Source: Candidatus Multivoradales bacterium
GTDB lineage: Bacteria > Acidobacteriota > Thermoanaerobaculia > Multivoradales > J023
Reading direction: 5' to 3'
Assembly (NCBI GenBank): GCA_965248925.1
Contig: CBDFLE010000006.1
Location: 1,728,001 to 1,792,000, forward strand
DNA: 64,000 nucleotides
The notes below the pieces were generated by a model. The model was not told the DNA's origin. It saw only the letters and a list, made by a program, of their open reading frames with translations, and ran no database searches. A program made the position numbers and the translations under genes. This document shows positions 11,331 to 21,760 of the stretch, piece by piece (position 1 is the first letter of the stretch; every line of letters begins with the position of its first letter).

Positions 11331-14300
11331 ATGCGAATTAGACCTCTCAGCTCCATCCTTCTCGGCCTCTGCATCGCCCTGCCGCTAACCGCGCAACTCC
11401 CCCCGAGCCACCAGTGCGGAGTGACCGCCGACACCGCCTACCAGATTGGCGACCTGGATCAGATCAATCTCTTCAACGGCAGCCTGACCGTATCTCTGCC
11501 GATCGGCATCACCTATCCGGTCGGCCCGTCGCTCAGCTTCAGCCTGACCGCCTCGTACAGCTCCGGTGGCTGGGAGTACGATGAGAATCACCAATGTCAA
11601 GACATCAATCCGCCCTTCGCGCTGCGTACCTACAGTCTGCCGATCCAGGATCTCAAGACGCAGGCCGGCTTCGGCTGGAGAGTCAGCCTAGGAGAGCTGA
11701 TCGCGCCACGTAACAGTCCAACTACAACGCCCGAGATTTACGTCGATCCAAGTGGCGGCGAGCACAGGTTTTATACCGAGCTGCATCCCGGCGGTTTTCC
11801 AGCGACACCGCAGCCCAGCACCTGGTTCACCAACGACAGTACCTATTTGCGTCTACGCAAGCGCAATCCGGGGGTGTGCGAGCTGCCGTCTGGCACCTTT
11901 GTCGATCAGAGCTGCTACTCGGTAGAATTTTCTGGCGGCGAGCTGCACGAGTTCCATAACTACGCCTCAGTCGGCGATCTCTGGCGCCTGACCCGGATGG
12001 AGGATCGCTTCGGCAATTGGATCAATGTGCGCTATGCCAACGATGGCGACTGGACATTGACCGACAGCCAAGGGCGCACTCACACGGTGGATTTTGTCGG
12101 TGGCAGAGTCGCTACGGTGAGGCTCGAAGCCTTCGGCAGCCAAAGCAACTCGACCTTCCTCTTTCAGTACCGCACCGAAACTCTAGAACGGCAGTTCGGC
12201 TTCCGTCCCGGCTGCGTGCCGATAGCCGAGCACACCCTCACCACCCAGGTGCTTGATCGGGTGGTGTTGCCCGACGGTTCGTTCTACGAGATGGACTACC
12301 TGACCGTCGACAACCTGCTCTCCGGTGGCCTGTCGAAACTGCGCGTGCCCACCGGTGGCGCCTACGGCTACGACTACCAGCTCTTCCCCTTCCAAACCCA
12401 GCTGGCCGACCTCTTCCATGCTCCTGACTGGGGCACGGTGGCGCGGGGAGTGAAGAGCAAGCATCTCTTCCTCGACGACGGCGACACCACCCCCTACGCC
12501 ACCTGGAGCTACAGCTACGACACCGCAAACCCGCAAGCCCCCGGCGATCCGCTGGGCCACCCCTGCTTCCACTCGATGAAAGTGACTGATCCGCTGGGCT
12601 TCGAAACGGTGAGCTATTTCTCCACCGTCGGCGCCAACAATCGCTGGTCCTACGGACTGCCCTACACCTACTGCGATCCCATCAGTGGCAGCTTCTCAGA
12701 AGCCGGCCCCTTCCTTTCCCAAGAACTCTTCAACGCTGACGGAACCAAGCTCCGCTCGATCTTCGTTGAGTTCGACAGCGATGGCCGCGACGCCGGCAAC
12801 TACAACGAGAAAGCTCACCGCTTGCGCTATCGCAAGGAGACCTTCCACGACGACGGCGGCAAGTTCCGCGAAGTCACCTTCTCGGACTTCGATGGCCTGG
12901 GCCACTTCCGCACCATGACCACCGGCGGCAGCTTCGGCGCCGCCGACGTGCGCACCAGCAGCACCACCTACAACGCCAACAGCGGCACCTACATCATCGC
13001 CAACCCCGACGACAGCTCGATCGATCCGGCAACCGATTTCGTGCTGCCAAGCCACAACGCACGCTGGATCTTGGAGACCTGGGACGAGCAGTCGGTGAGC
13101 GAAGGCGGGACCACCGAGAAAGCCGAGTTCTGCTTCAGTAGCACCACCGGCTTCCTCGAACGCCGCCGCCAGCTGGCTGGCAGCAGTCGCCAGAGCCGCG
13201 ACGTGGTGAGCCTCCTCACCTCGACCAACGGCTTCGTCACCGGCGAGCGGGTCTATGGCGGCGACACCCAGAACCTCGGCACCGGCTCCTTGTGCAGCCT
13301 CGGCTTGTCCGGCCCGACCTACCGCACCGACCACGTCTACGCCAGTGGCAGCCTGCGCAAGTCGACGGCGGTGGACTGCACAGGCACCGCGATCCTCACC
13401 CTGGCCGACTACGACATCGACTCAGACACCGGCCTGGTGGCCACCAGCCGCGACGCAGCGGGCCTGGGCACCAGCTTTACCTACGATCGCCTAGGCCGCT
13501 TGACCGGCCAGCGCCCGGCCGAGCTGGGCTGGACCCAGTGGACCTACACCCTGCCCACCACCGCCAACCCCGGTCTTGCCCCCAAGCTCACCGAACAACA
13601 GTGCCAGCCCTTCCAGACCTCCTGCGCCGGCACCGATCTGATGAGCTTCCGCGAGCACCGCTACGACGGCCTCGGCCGGCGGCTGCAAGAAACCGTGCGC
13701 ATCCCCGTCGCCAACGCTGGCCAGACCGAGCTCTGGCATCGCTACACGACCTGGAACCAGCGTCACTGGAAGACGGACGAGTCGGTGTGGACCACCGCCT
13801 CAGCGGCCGGCGAAAGCCGGCGCACGACCTACCTCGCCTACGACCGCTTCGGCCGCCCCGGCCGGGTCCAGCCGCCAGAACAGCCGGCGACCTTCTTCAC
13901 CTACCAAGGCGACCGGGTGCAGACCCGGCGCTTCAAAGTGCAGCTGACCAGTGGCCAGCAGGACACCTACGTCACCGAGATCATGGACGGCCAGGGCCGT
14001 CTGGCCGAGGTCTGCGAGGGCAGTTCCGCCGCCTGGTCTGGCAGCTGTGGTGGTGGCGGTCTGCTGACCCGCTATTCCTATGACGATGGTGGCAGACTGA
14101 CCAAAGTGTGCCAGAACCTCAGCGGCTCGACCTGCGGCCAGACCCGCTTGTTCGACTATGACGGTCGCGGTTTCCTACTCTCCGAGACCCATCCCGAGAT
14201 CGGACCCTCGGGCAACGGCCGCATCGATTACCGCTTCGACGCCGGCGGCAACGCCACCTCCAAAGATCTGATCGGCAGCACCGCCTTCGATCTGAGCTTC

Positions 14301-16349
14301 GATTTCGACGCCGCCGGCCGACTGATCAGAGTCCTCGAATCGAGCAATGGCGCGGGGAGCACCCCGCGTCTGCAGAAGCAGTTCCGCTACGCCCGCGCCA
14401 ACTCTGGCAGCGACCACCGGGCCGGGAAGCTGGTGCAGACCGTGCGCCACAACTGGGTCGACATTCAGAGCCCCCTGGCCCCCGAGCCCGGCTCCCTCGA
14501 CGTCAAGCTCTCCGAGAGCTTCCGCTACACCGGTCGTCAGGGCCTGATGTCGGAGAAGCAGACCCGCTACCAATTCTTCGCCGGCAACTACGCCTTTACC
14601 ACCGGCTTCGCCTTCGACACCCAGGGCAATCTGTCACAACTCGACTACCCCAGCTGCCAGCACGCCGACGGTGGCTGCGCCACCAACGATCCGCAGCGCA
14701 CGGTGAATTTCAACTACGAGAAGGGTATGCTCAGGTCCGTGCCTGGATTCGCCAACAACCTCACCTACCAGAGCGGTGGCATGCTGCATCAGCTCGCCCA
14801 CAGCGATGGTGTAGTCGACAGCCAAGAAGTCAGCAGCTTGAACGGCCTCGCCCGGCCGCACCAGCTGACCACCTCTGCGGGCTGGAGCAGCGGTAACTTC
14901 GCCTACGACGGAGCTGGAAATATCTCCGCCATTGGCAACTTGGCGTACCGCTATGACCGCCTCGGCAGGTTGATCTCCGGCCAGACCTCCGTCGGTGCCA
15001 CCCTCTTCACCCAGACCGCGAGCTTCGACAATTTCGGCAACATCCAGCAGCTATCAACACCCGGCTTCGCGGCTCTCAATCTCAACCCCAGCGCCACCAC
15101 CAACCGCCTCGGCCTCTCGGGCGCTCAGTACGACGCGGCCGGCAATCTGACCGACATCACCCTCGGCAGCGAGAGCTTCGACTACGCCTTCGACGGCGCC
15201 AACATGATGAAGCACCTGCGCTCGAACACCGATCAAGCGCGGGTCTTCATCTACAACGCCAGCGACGAGCGGATCCTCACCTTCGACTGCTTCGGCCCCG
15301 GCGCCACCAGCACTTGCACCACCCAGCCCGCCAGCCTCACCTGGACCCTACGCGGTCTCGGCAACGAAGTCCTGCGAGTCTACGATCAGCCAGCTGGCGG
15401 CGCCTTCAGCTGGAGTCGAGACTACGTCCATCGCGGCGGGCAGCCCCTCGCCACCATCGAGCCCGAGGGTAGCGGTGGCGAGATGACGTCGCATCTCCAT
15501 CTTGATCACCTGGGCACACCCCGGCAGATCACCCGAGGCGGACAGCAGGTGGCGTTGCACAACTACTACCCGTTTGGTCAGGAGGCCACCAACTTGGCCC
15601 AGGACGAGGTTGTGCTGAAGTTCACCGGGCACGAGCGAGACAAGACCGGGACCGGGGTGAGGAGCGAGCGGGACTACATGCATGCTCGGCATTGCAGCCC
15701 GGTGCTGGGGCGGTTCTTGAGTGTTGATCCATCATTGGGCAGCCGGTCATCACCGCAGAGTTGGAATCGTTTCTCTTACGTCAGCAACAGTCCAATCAAC
15801 CAGGTAGACCCGGACGGAAGGCTTGGGTTTCTGGTAACTGCATTTCTTGGCGGAGTCGTAGATGTTGGGATTCAAATTGCGAGCAACGCGCTTTCAGGAG
15901 AAGAGCTCACAACAGGCGTAGCCGGGGCTTTCGTCACTGGGGCTGTGGCCGGTGCCACAGGTCTTGGGCTATTGAAGGTTGCCGGTAGGGGAGTGAAACT
16001 CGCAAAAGCAGCTAAAAATGCAAAGAAGCTTAAGAACTCAGCAGCAGCTGCTGACTCGGCAAGAGCCGCTAGGGAACCTGGCAAGATCGTAGCCAACAAT
16101 GGCACCGAGATCACTGGATTTACTCGTCATGGTGTCAATCGTGCCATCGGCGATGGAGTGTCGCGATCTGGTGTCAAGCCGGGAGCGATACTCGATGCTC
16201 TCAAGAACCCAGTGAAGATTGTCGATGGTGTAGACGATCTGGGACGTCCCTTCCGGATATTTCACGGGCAAAACGCGCGTGTGGTCGTGAATCCAAAGTC
16301 TGGCCGTATCGTGTCCACGAACCCACTTTCTCAGGCAGGTGCGCAGTGA
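11331..16349 (+). CDS. Rhs/YD-repeat polymorphic toxin with N-terminal signal peptide; C-terminal BECR-like (ColE5/DUF4258-like) predicted RNase
   Basis: YD repeats, [37 protein letters not shown] core end; tip FTRHGVNRAIG..GVKPGAILDALKNP..VVVNPKSGRIVS. The tip family call is tentative. Confidence 0.92.
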   Translation: MRIRPLSSILLGLCIALPLTAQLPPSHQCGVTADTAYQIGDLDQINLFNGSLTVSLPIGITYPVGPSLSFSLTASYSSGGWEYDENHQCQDINPPFALRTYSLPIQDLKTQAGFGWRVSLGELIAPRNSPTTTPEIYVDPSGGEHRFYTELHPGGFPATPQPSTWFTNDSTYLRLRKRNPGVCELPSGTFVDQSCYSVEFSGGELHEFHNYASVGDLWRLTRMEDRFGNWINVRYANDGDWTLTDSQGRTHTVDFVGGRVATVRLEAFGSQSNSTFLFQYRTETLERQFGFRPGCVPIAEHTLTTQVLDRVVLPDGSFYEMDYLTVDNLLSGGLSKLRVPTGGAYGYDYQLFPFQTQLADLFHAPDWGTVARGVKSKHLFLDDGDTTPYATWSYSYDTANPQAPGDPLGHPCFHSMKVTDPLGFETVSYFSTVGANNRWSYGLPYTYCDPISGSFSEAGPFLSQELFNADGTKLRSIFVEFDSDGRDAGNYNEKAHRLRYRKETFHDDGGKFREVTFSDFDGLGHFRTMTTGGSFGAADVRTSSTTYNANSGTYIIANPDDSSIDPATDFVLPSHNARWILETWDEQSVSEGGTTEKAEFCFSSTTGFLERRRQLAGSSRQSRDVVSLLTSTNGFVTGERVYGGDTQNLGTGSLCSLGLSGPTYRTDHVYASGSLRKSTAVDCTGTAILTLADYDIDSDTGLVATSRDAAGLGTSFTYDRLGRLTGQRPAELGWTQWTYTLPTTANPGLAPKLTEQQCQPFQTSCAGTDLMSFREHRYDGLGRRLQETVRIPVANAGQTELWHRYTTWNQRHWKTDESVWTTASAAGESRRTTYLAYDRFGRPGRVQPPEQPATFFTYQGDRVQTRRFKVQLTSGQQDTYVTEIMDGQGRLAEVCEGSSAAWSGSCGGGGLLTRYSYDDGGRLTKVCQNLSGSTCGQTRLFDYDGRGFLLSETHPEIGPSGNGRIDYRFDAGGNATSKDLIGSTAFDLSFDFDAAGRLIRVLESSNGAGSTPRLQKQFRYARANSGSDHRAGKLVQTVRHNWVDIQSPLAPEPGSLDVKLSESFRYTGRQGLMSEKQTRYQFFAGNYAFTTGFAFDTQGNLSQLDYPSCQHADGGCATNDPQRTVNFNYEKGMLRSVPGFANNLTYQSGGMLHQLAHSDGVVDSQEVSSLNGLARPHQLTTSAGWSSGNFAYDGAGNISAIGNLAYRYDRLGRLISGQTSVGATLFTQTASFDNFGNIQQLSTPGFAALNLNPSATTNRLGLSGAQYDAAGNLTDITLGSESFDYAFDGANMMKHLRSNTDQARVFIYNASDERILTFDCFGPGATSTCTTQPASLTWTLRGLGNEVLRVYDQPAGGAFSWSRDYVHRGGQPLATIEPEGSGGEMTSHLHLDHLGTPRQITRGGQQVALHNYYPFGQEATNLAQDEVVLKFTGHERDKTGTGVRSERDYMHARHCSPVLGRFLSVDPSLGSRSSPQSWNRFSYVSNSPINQVDPDGRLGFLVTAFLGGVVDVGIQIASNALSGEELTTGVAGAFVTGAVAGATGLGLLKVAGRGVKLAKAAKNAKKLKNSAAAADSARAAREPGKIVANNGTEITGFTRHGVNRAIGDGVSRSGVKPGAILDALKNPVKIVDGVDDLGRPFRIFHGQNARVVVNPKSGRIVSTNPLSQAGAQ

Positions 16350-16642
16350 GAGACCCAACGAGAGAAGAACGAGTGTCTCTGGAGCTTTCCGGAAACGAGC
16401 TAGCCTATCTCAAAGACGCCGATTTCTTGCCCGAGCCCCTCTTGCGAACCCTTGAGATGGCGCAGCACAGAAGCGACGGCGCAGGGCTTTTTATTGTTGC
16501 CCGTGCAGTTGCCGAACAGTTTCGATCTGCCTTTACCGATCACTTGGCCAAGGTTGGTTTCGGTGCGGATTATGAACTCACTAGCGAAGGAAAGTTTCTT
16601 GAGGTTTTGATAGATCGTTTCTTTCTCGGCAAGAATACATGA
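16346..16642 (+). CDS. Cognate immunity protein of the Rhs toxin
   Basis: GTGA overlap with the toxin stop; small and acidic; similar to 21757-21999 (G..YE.T.EGK.LE..IDR). Confidence 0.8.
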   Translation: MRDPTREERVSLELSGNELAYLKDADFLPEPLLRTLEMAQHRSDGAGLFIVARAVAEQFRSAFTDHLAKVGFGADYELTSEGKFLEVLIDRFFLGKNT

Positions 16643-16756
16643 TTGGGCTCAGACTTCTATTGGGCCAAACGAGACCCTATCTGTCGGTCTTGATGATTGA
16701 TTGCATCGTTGTGAGCCTGCTCATCGCGGCGAACGTGTCGGCGAATCCGGCCGTCG

Positions 16757-16948
16757 GTGACGCAACTCATACCGGCACCGAAGGCCTCGACTACGCCTAC
16801 GACGGCGCCGAAATTGCGACTCAGTAAATTTCTGCGAGAGAGTACGACAGAGATGGGAGGTGTGGTAGGAACTGAATTGCGTATCTCGCCCGAAGCGGTA
16901 GCTGAAATCGCAAAACGATTCAAGAAAGTGGAGGATCTGCCAAGGTGA
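16757..16948 (+). pseudogene. Rhs core scrap plus toxin-tip remnant
   Basis: 16774-16809 resembles Rhs core 15165-15200 (GTEGLDYAYDGA vs [12 protein letters not shown]); a short ORF ends in a GTGA overlap with the next gene. Confidence 0.45.
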
Positions 16949-17262
16949 GATCGGAATGCAAGAGTTGGTGCTGTGCTCGATTCAAGGATCACTACAACGA
17001 ACAAGGGGAAAGAGGCATCGCGGTTCTTATTGGCAGACAAGAGGTCAATAGGCCGAGATTCGTCTTGCAGAGTCGTGCTGTAGACCTTCAGGACATTGGG
17101 AAGTTGCCTTCAATCCCGATAGCAGTTTCCTTGGTCACTCAAAGCCACATCACATTTTGCCCTTGGTGCGGAAGGAATTTGGCCAGAGCGTACCGAAGGG
17201 TTTGGGAAGGTCTAGTGTCCACAACACCTCTAATTGAGATCAAGAGCGACTTCGCTGGATGA
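16945..17262 (+). CDS. Orphan immunity-like protein with CC and FCPWCG motifs
   Basis: 105 aa, lower GC, located in the toxin array; I.FCPWCG.NL motif. Confidence 0.65.
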   Translation: MRSECKSWCCARFKDHYNEQGERGIAVLIGRQEVNRPRFVLQSRAVDLQDIGKLPSIPIAVSLVTQSHITFCPWCGRNLARAYRRVWEGLVSTTPLIEIKSDFAG

Positions 17263-17276
17263 ACCGAGCCCGGAGC

Positions 17277-17468
17277 TAGGTGCATCCCAGCAACGTGCCA
17301 ACAGGCGTGCCACCCACCTCGGCAACATCCACTACGGCCGCTGATTCTCAGCTCTGGAAAACTCACTCTCTCGTCGATGGGCGCTCTTATCGGGTGTCCA
17401 TCGACGAGGAATCGTGGTCTTTGGCCTAGCAGCGACCATCGAGCGCGGCTGCCAACCGCTCGTCATTG
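17277..17468 (+). repeat. ~190-bp non-coding repeat copy 1, with 39-nt hairpin (17370-17408)
   Basis: Aligns with 22096-22289; stem CTCGTCGATGG/CCATCGACGAG. Confidence 0.88.
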
Positions 17469-17600
17469 TGAGCATGATCACAATAATCGAGGGTAAATGG
17501 CTGATTCTGATCAAAAATAGCGACGGGTGAGGCCTTTTCCCCCTCAACTATCGTGACCACTATAAGTGTTTTATTGTCAGTGACTTGCAGCAGAATCAGT

Positions 17601-17616
17601 TGGCATGCCTGTTGCT
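17601..17616 (+). promoter_or_regulatory. Candidate sigma-54 -24/-12 promoter upstream of the orphan Rhs
   Basis: TGGCATGCCTGTTGCT matches TGGCACG-N4-TTGCW with GG-N10-GC spacing. Confidence 0.55.
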
Positions 17617-17753
17617 CAGGGCAAGTAGAAACTGCTCAAAAATGACATCATCCCGCGCCAGAGGCGCGGTAACCGGACCCTGCATCTGGCGATGACCATC
17701 AACTACCCTGGAAGAGGTGCCATCGATTACCGTGGTTCCCCTCAGGCAAGCTG

Positions 17754-19655
17754 GTGCAGACAGTGCGCCACAACTGGGTCGACATTCAGAATCCCCTGGC
17801 CCCCGAGCCCGGCTCCCTCGATGTCAAGCTCTCCGAGAGCTTCCGCTACACCGGTCGCCAGGGCCTGATGTCGGAGAAGCAGACCCGCTACCAATTCTTC
17901 GCCGGCAACTACGCCTTCACCACCGGCTTCGCCTTCGACACCCAGGGCAATTTGTCACAACTCGATTACCCCAGCTGTCAGCACGCCGACGGCGGCTGCG
18001 CCACCAACGATCCGCAGCGCACGGTGAATTTCAACTACGAGAAGGGTATGCTCAGGTCCGTGCCCGGCTTCGCCAACAACCTCACCTACCAGAGCGGTGG
18101 CATGCTGCACCAGCTCACCCACGGCGATGGTGTGGTCGACACCCAGGAAGTCAGCAGCTCCAACGGCCTCGCCCGGCCGCACCAGCTGACCACCTCAGCG
18201 GGCTGGAGCAGCGGCATTTTCGCCTACGACGGAGCCGGCAATATCTCCGCCATCGGCAACCTGGACTACCGTTATGACCGCCTCGGCCGATTACGCTCCG
18301 GCCAGACCTCCGTCGGCGCCACCCGCTTCACCCAGACGGCGACCTATGACAATTTCGGCAACATCCAGCAACTATCAACACCCGGTTTCGCGGCTCTCAA
18401 CCTCAACCCCAGCGCCACCACCAACCGCCTCGGCCTCTCAGGCGCCCAATACGACGCTGCCGACAATCTGACCGACATCACCCTCGGCAGCGAGAGCTTC
18501 GACTATGCCTTCGACGGCGCCAACATGATGAAGCATTTGCGCTCGAACACCGATCAAGCGCGGGTCTTCATCTACAACGCCAGCGACGAGCGGATCCTCA
18601 CCTTCGACTGCTTCGGCCCCGGCGCCACCAGCACTTGCACCACCCAGCCCGCCAGCCTCACCTGGACCCTGCGCGGCTTACAGAACGAGGTTCTGCGAGT
18701 CTATGATCAGCCAGCCGGAGGCGCATTCGGCTGGAGTCGAGATTATGTGCACCGAGGCGGCCGGCCGCTAGCCACCATCGAGCCCGACGGCAGCGGAGGT
18801 GAGCTGACTTCGCACCTGCACCTTGATCACCTGGGCACACCACGGCAGATCACACGTGGTGGTCAGCAAGTTACGTTGCACAACTACTACCCCTTTGGTC
18901 AAGAGGCGACCAGCGCGGGGGCTGATGAGATTCAGCTGAAATTTACAGGGCATGAGCGGGACAAGACCGGGACCGGGGTGAGGAGCGAGCTGGACTATAT
19001 GCATGCGCGGCATTGCAGCCCGGTGGTGGGGCGGTTCTTGAGTGTGGATCCGGCGAAGTCCGCCAAGCCCGGCGCCCCGGGAAGCTGGAACCGCTATTCC
19101 TATGCGGCCAACAATCCGATCAACGAGATCGATGTCGATGGGCGAGAGAGCCGTGCAGCTCTAGCGTTGGAAATGGACATTCAACGTCTGTTGAAAGGAG
19201 AGATCACGCAGGAGCAGTACATTGAGAACATCAATGCTCGCGGCAGAGGTGCGTTGCTGGCTGCCAGTCTTCTCTCGCCAGTCGACGAGACGACTCTTGT
19301 TGTCGCTGCTACTCGCAAGGTAGCTCCCCGTCTTGCAGGAAGGGTAAGTGCGGCATTTGCGCGGCTTGGTAAGTTTCTACGTAGTGGAAAGAATGGATCT
19401 AAGAGTTCGCCGAATGCTTCGCCGAATTTCCGTCGGCCGACCAACTCCCCGCAAGACCCTCCCTCGTCACTTCCAGCTGGGCACTCGGTAAGACGCATGC
19501 CGCCTACAGAACAATACCCTAACGGTTACTGGAGGCAGTACAATCAACACGGCCAACCGGTGAATCCGGCCACAGGAAAACCTCCCTCGAATGTGACTAG
19601 AGCAGAAGCCAGAGCGCAGACACATATTGACTTGCCGCCAGAAGGAGGTGGTTAA
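17754..19655 (+). CDS. Orphan Rhs module: duplicated 3' core plus a different toxin tip
   Basis: 17748-19051 is a close copy of 14427-15730; [10 protein letters not shown] core end; tip ends [27 protein letters not shown] (possible RNase, reminiscent of THIP-motif toxins); no signal peptide. Confidence 0.88.
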   Translation: MQTVRHNWVDIQNPLAPEPGSLDVKLSESFRYTGRQGLMSEKQTRYQFFAGNYAFTTGFAFDTQGNLSQLDYPSCQHADGGCATNDPQRTVNFNYEKGMLRSVPGFANNLTYQSGGMLHQLTHGDGVVDTQEVSSSNGLARPHQLTTSAGWSSGIFAYDGAGNISAIGNLDYRYDRLGRLRSGQTSVGATRFTQTATYDNFGNIQQLSTPGFAALNLNPSATTNRLGLSGAQYDAADNLTDITLGSESFDYAFDGANMMKHLRSNTDQARVFIYNASDERILTFDCFGPGATSTCTTQPASLTWTLRGLQNEVLRVYDQPAGGAFGWSRDYVHRGGRPLATIEPDGSGGELTSHLHLDHLGTPRQITRGGQQVTLHNYYPFGQEATSAGADEIQLKFTGHERDKTGTGVRSELDYMHARHCSPVVGRFLSVDPAKSAKPGAPGSWNRYSYAANNPINEIDVDGRESRAALALEMDIQRLLKGEITQEQYIENINARGRGALLAASLLSPVDETTLVVAATRKVAPRLAGRVSAAFARLGKFLRSGKNGSKSSPNASPNFRRPTNSPQDPPSSLPAGHSVRRMPPTEQYPNGYWRQYNQHGQPVNPATGKPPSNVTRAEARAQTHIDLPPEGGG

Positions 19656-20011
19656 TGTACGGGCTTTCTAAGGGCGAGAATCTAGGTTTTCTTAAAGGTG
19701 TCAAATTGCTTCAGCTTTGCATCGGTTCCAATGAGGTGATATTGAATTTCAGCAGAGGTATTTCGATCACGATCGAGTCCAGACTAGATTTTCTTGCCCC
19801 TGCTCAGAGCAGTGTCACTTTGGAGGCTGGCCCAGCATCGGCTGCTACGTTGGCAAAGCTCATTTCGGACACCATCACAGGAGTTCGTGGTTCCTCAGAT
19901 GGTACAATCCATTTATCGTTCGCAAAGGGGACTGGCTTGGTAATCCATGATTCATCAGGAGAGTACGAGAGTTATCAGATCAAGCGCGGAAATGAAATTA
20001 TTGTAGTTTGA
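19655..20011 (+). CDS. Cognate immunity protein of the orphan Rhs (DUF6188-like)
   Basis: TAATG stop/start overlap; 118 aa; MYGL..FL.G..L.QLCIG..YESY pattern. Confidence 0.75.
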   Translation: MYGLSKGENLGFLKGVKLLQLCIGSNEVILNFSRGISITIESRLDFLAPAQSSVTLEAGPASAATLAKLISDTITGVRGSSDGTIHLSFAKGTGLVIHDSSGEYESYQIKRGNEIIVV

Positions 20012-20263
20012 ACTGACTGAAGCCCCAGTCACGTTGCAGTACCGGCACCTAAGTTCAGAGTTGTTCTTTTTTTCATACTTTCAAAACTACACTTCTCTTA
20101 GATCTCAGGGGCGGAATCACTTCTCCGCATACCAGGGAATCATTCAAGAGTCTGTCGCCAGCCAGGCCGAGGGTGTAATTCGACGTTTCCTGCGAGGAAA
20201 CCCGGCGATTCTCGAGAAGATACAGACCAACGGCGATTTTTCGTCAGAGGACCTAAACAAGAT

Positions 20264-21536
20264 CACTGCTGTCCCGCTAACTTCACAAAAAAATAGGCTC
20301 AGAACCTCCCGGTATTGATAGAATCAGTCAACACTAAACAACTGATTCGAAGGGAGATCTGAACCTTGGCACACCATAGCACTGTCTTCGCCCAGCTGCT
20401 ACAACTGATTTCGAGACATGAATTCGAGGCCCTCGCAAAACGCCACCTCGCCGGTCGCCAGTTCCGCACTGCGAGCCGCTGGTCGCAGCTGGTGGCTCTG
20501 ATGATGGCCCAGCTGTCCGGGCGTTCTAGCTTGCGCGACATCGTTGACAATCTACGAGCGCAGCGGCACAAGCTCTACCATCTCGGCTGCCGAGTCCTGT
20601 CGCGATCCAACTTGGCACGGATCAACGAAGAGAAGCCCTATCTCCTTTTTGAAGAGCTATTTGGGAGACTTCTGGGCCGTGCTCAAGCAGTGGCGCCCAA
20701 GCATACGTTCCGGTTCAAGAACCGCTTGTTCTCGCTTGACGCCTCGGTGATAGACCTTTGTCTGTCGATATTCCCGTGGGCGAAGTTTCGTACGACCAAG
20801 GGAGCGATCAAGCTGCATGTGGGGTTGGATCACGGTGGCTACTTGCCTGCCTTCGTTGCGATCTCGGATGGAAAAACAGGTGACATCGCGGGCTGCAAGA
20901 GCCTGACGCTGCCACGAGGAAGCATCGTAGCTTGTGATCGTGGTTACAACAGCTACAGCTGGTTTCGTCAGCTGAGCGAGAAGGGTCTTTTCTTTGTGAC
21001 CCGTCTGAAGCGCGGGGCCAAGTACCGCGTGACCGAGCGTCGAAAAGTCAATCGTTCCAAGGGTTTGATGAGCGACCAAACGATCGAGTGGACCGGTGTG
21101 AAGGCGTGTCGTGACTGTCCGATGCCTCTGCGGAGAGTAGGCTATCGCGACCCCGAGACCGGCAAGATCTACTATTTCTTGACGAACCTGTTCCGCCTGT
21201 CACCTCAGACCATTGCCGAGATCTACCACGAACGTTGGCAAATTGAACTCTTCTTCAAGTGGATCAAGCAGAATCTGAAGATCAAGACTTTCGTCGGCAC
21301 CAGCCGCAACGCCGTGCTGACTCAGCTTTGGATTGCCATGTGCGTCTACCTCTTACTCGCTTTCATCAAGCACAAGCACCGTCTTTCCAGTAGTTTACAA
21401 GAGGCCTTGCGCCTCCTTCAATTGAACCTCTTTGAGCGCCGCGACCTCATGGCCCTCTTGAAACGAGAGCCGCCGCCGATCCCAGAACTAGACGAAAGAC
21501 AACTGGTAATTGCTGGAAGTTAACGGGACAGCAGTG
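20264..21536 (+). mobile_element. IS4-family insertion sequence (1273 bp)
   Basis: 21-bp TIR CACTGCTGTCCCG(C/T)TAACTTC; 9-bp TSD AAACAAGAT (20255-20263, 21537-21545). Confidence 0.95.
20366..21523 (+). CDS. IS4 family transposase (DUF4372 + DDE)
   Basis: SLRDI, LDASVIDL, IKLH, DRGY, Y..RWQIELFFKWIKQNLKIK. Confidence 0.95.
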   Translation: MAHHSTVFAQLLQLISRHEFEALAKRHLAGRQFRTASRWSQLVALMMAQLSGRSSLRDIVDNLRAQRHKLYHLGCRVLSRSNLARINEEKPYLLFEELFGRLLGRAQAVAPKHTFRFKNRLFSLDASVIDLCLSIFPWAKFRTTKGAIKLHVGLDHGGYLPAFVAISDGKTGDIAGCKSLTLPRGSIVACDRGYNSYSWFRQLSEKGLFFVTRLKRGAKYRVTERRKVNRSKGLMSDQTIEWTGVKACRDCPMPLRRVGYRDPETGKIYYFLTNLFRLSPQTIAEIYHERWQIELFFKWIKQNLKIKTFVGTSRNAVLTQLWIAMCVYLLLAFIKHKHRLSSSLQEALRLLQLNLFERRDLMALLKREPPPIPELDERQLVIAGS

Positions 21537-21607
21537 AAACAAGATAGGGAGCGCTTTGAAGGAGGCTTCAAGACAGGGATCTTTCAGAGCTGGATACCAA
21601 TCCATCC

Positions 21608-21760
21608 ATGGGTTCCGATGAACTAGGCAGATCTAGCCAGCGTTTGGTAGGCCGCAATGCTGAGGTTGTCCGGAACCCTCGGACTGGCGAGATTATCTCG
21701 GTAAATCCAACCTCAACGAAGAAGGCCCAGCGGCTTCTACGGAGACTCGAAGACCAATGA
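21608..21760 (+). pseudogene. Truncated toxin tip homologous to the main Rhs tip
   Basis: DELGRSSQRLVGRNAEVVRNPRTGEIISVNP vs main-tip DDLGRPFRIFHGQNARVVVNPKSGRIVSTNP; ATGA overlap with the next gene. Confidence 0.75.

Larger units (their letters stand above)
20034..21621 (+). pseudogene. Small low-GC ORF remnant interrupted by IS4
   Basis: Removing the IS and one TSD joins ...EDLNK-IGSALKEASRQG..GFR* in frame (~100 aa). Confidence 0.4.
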
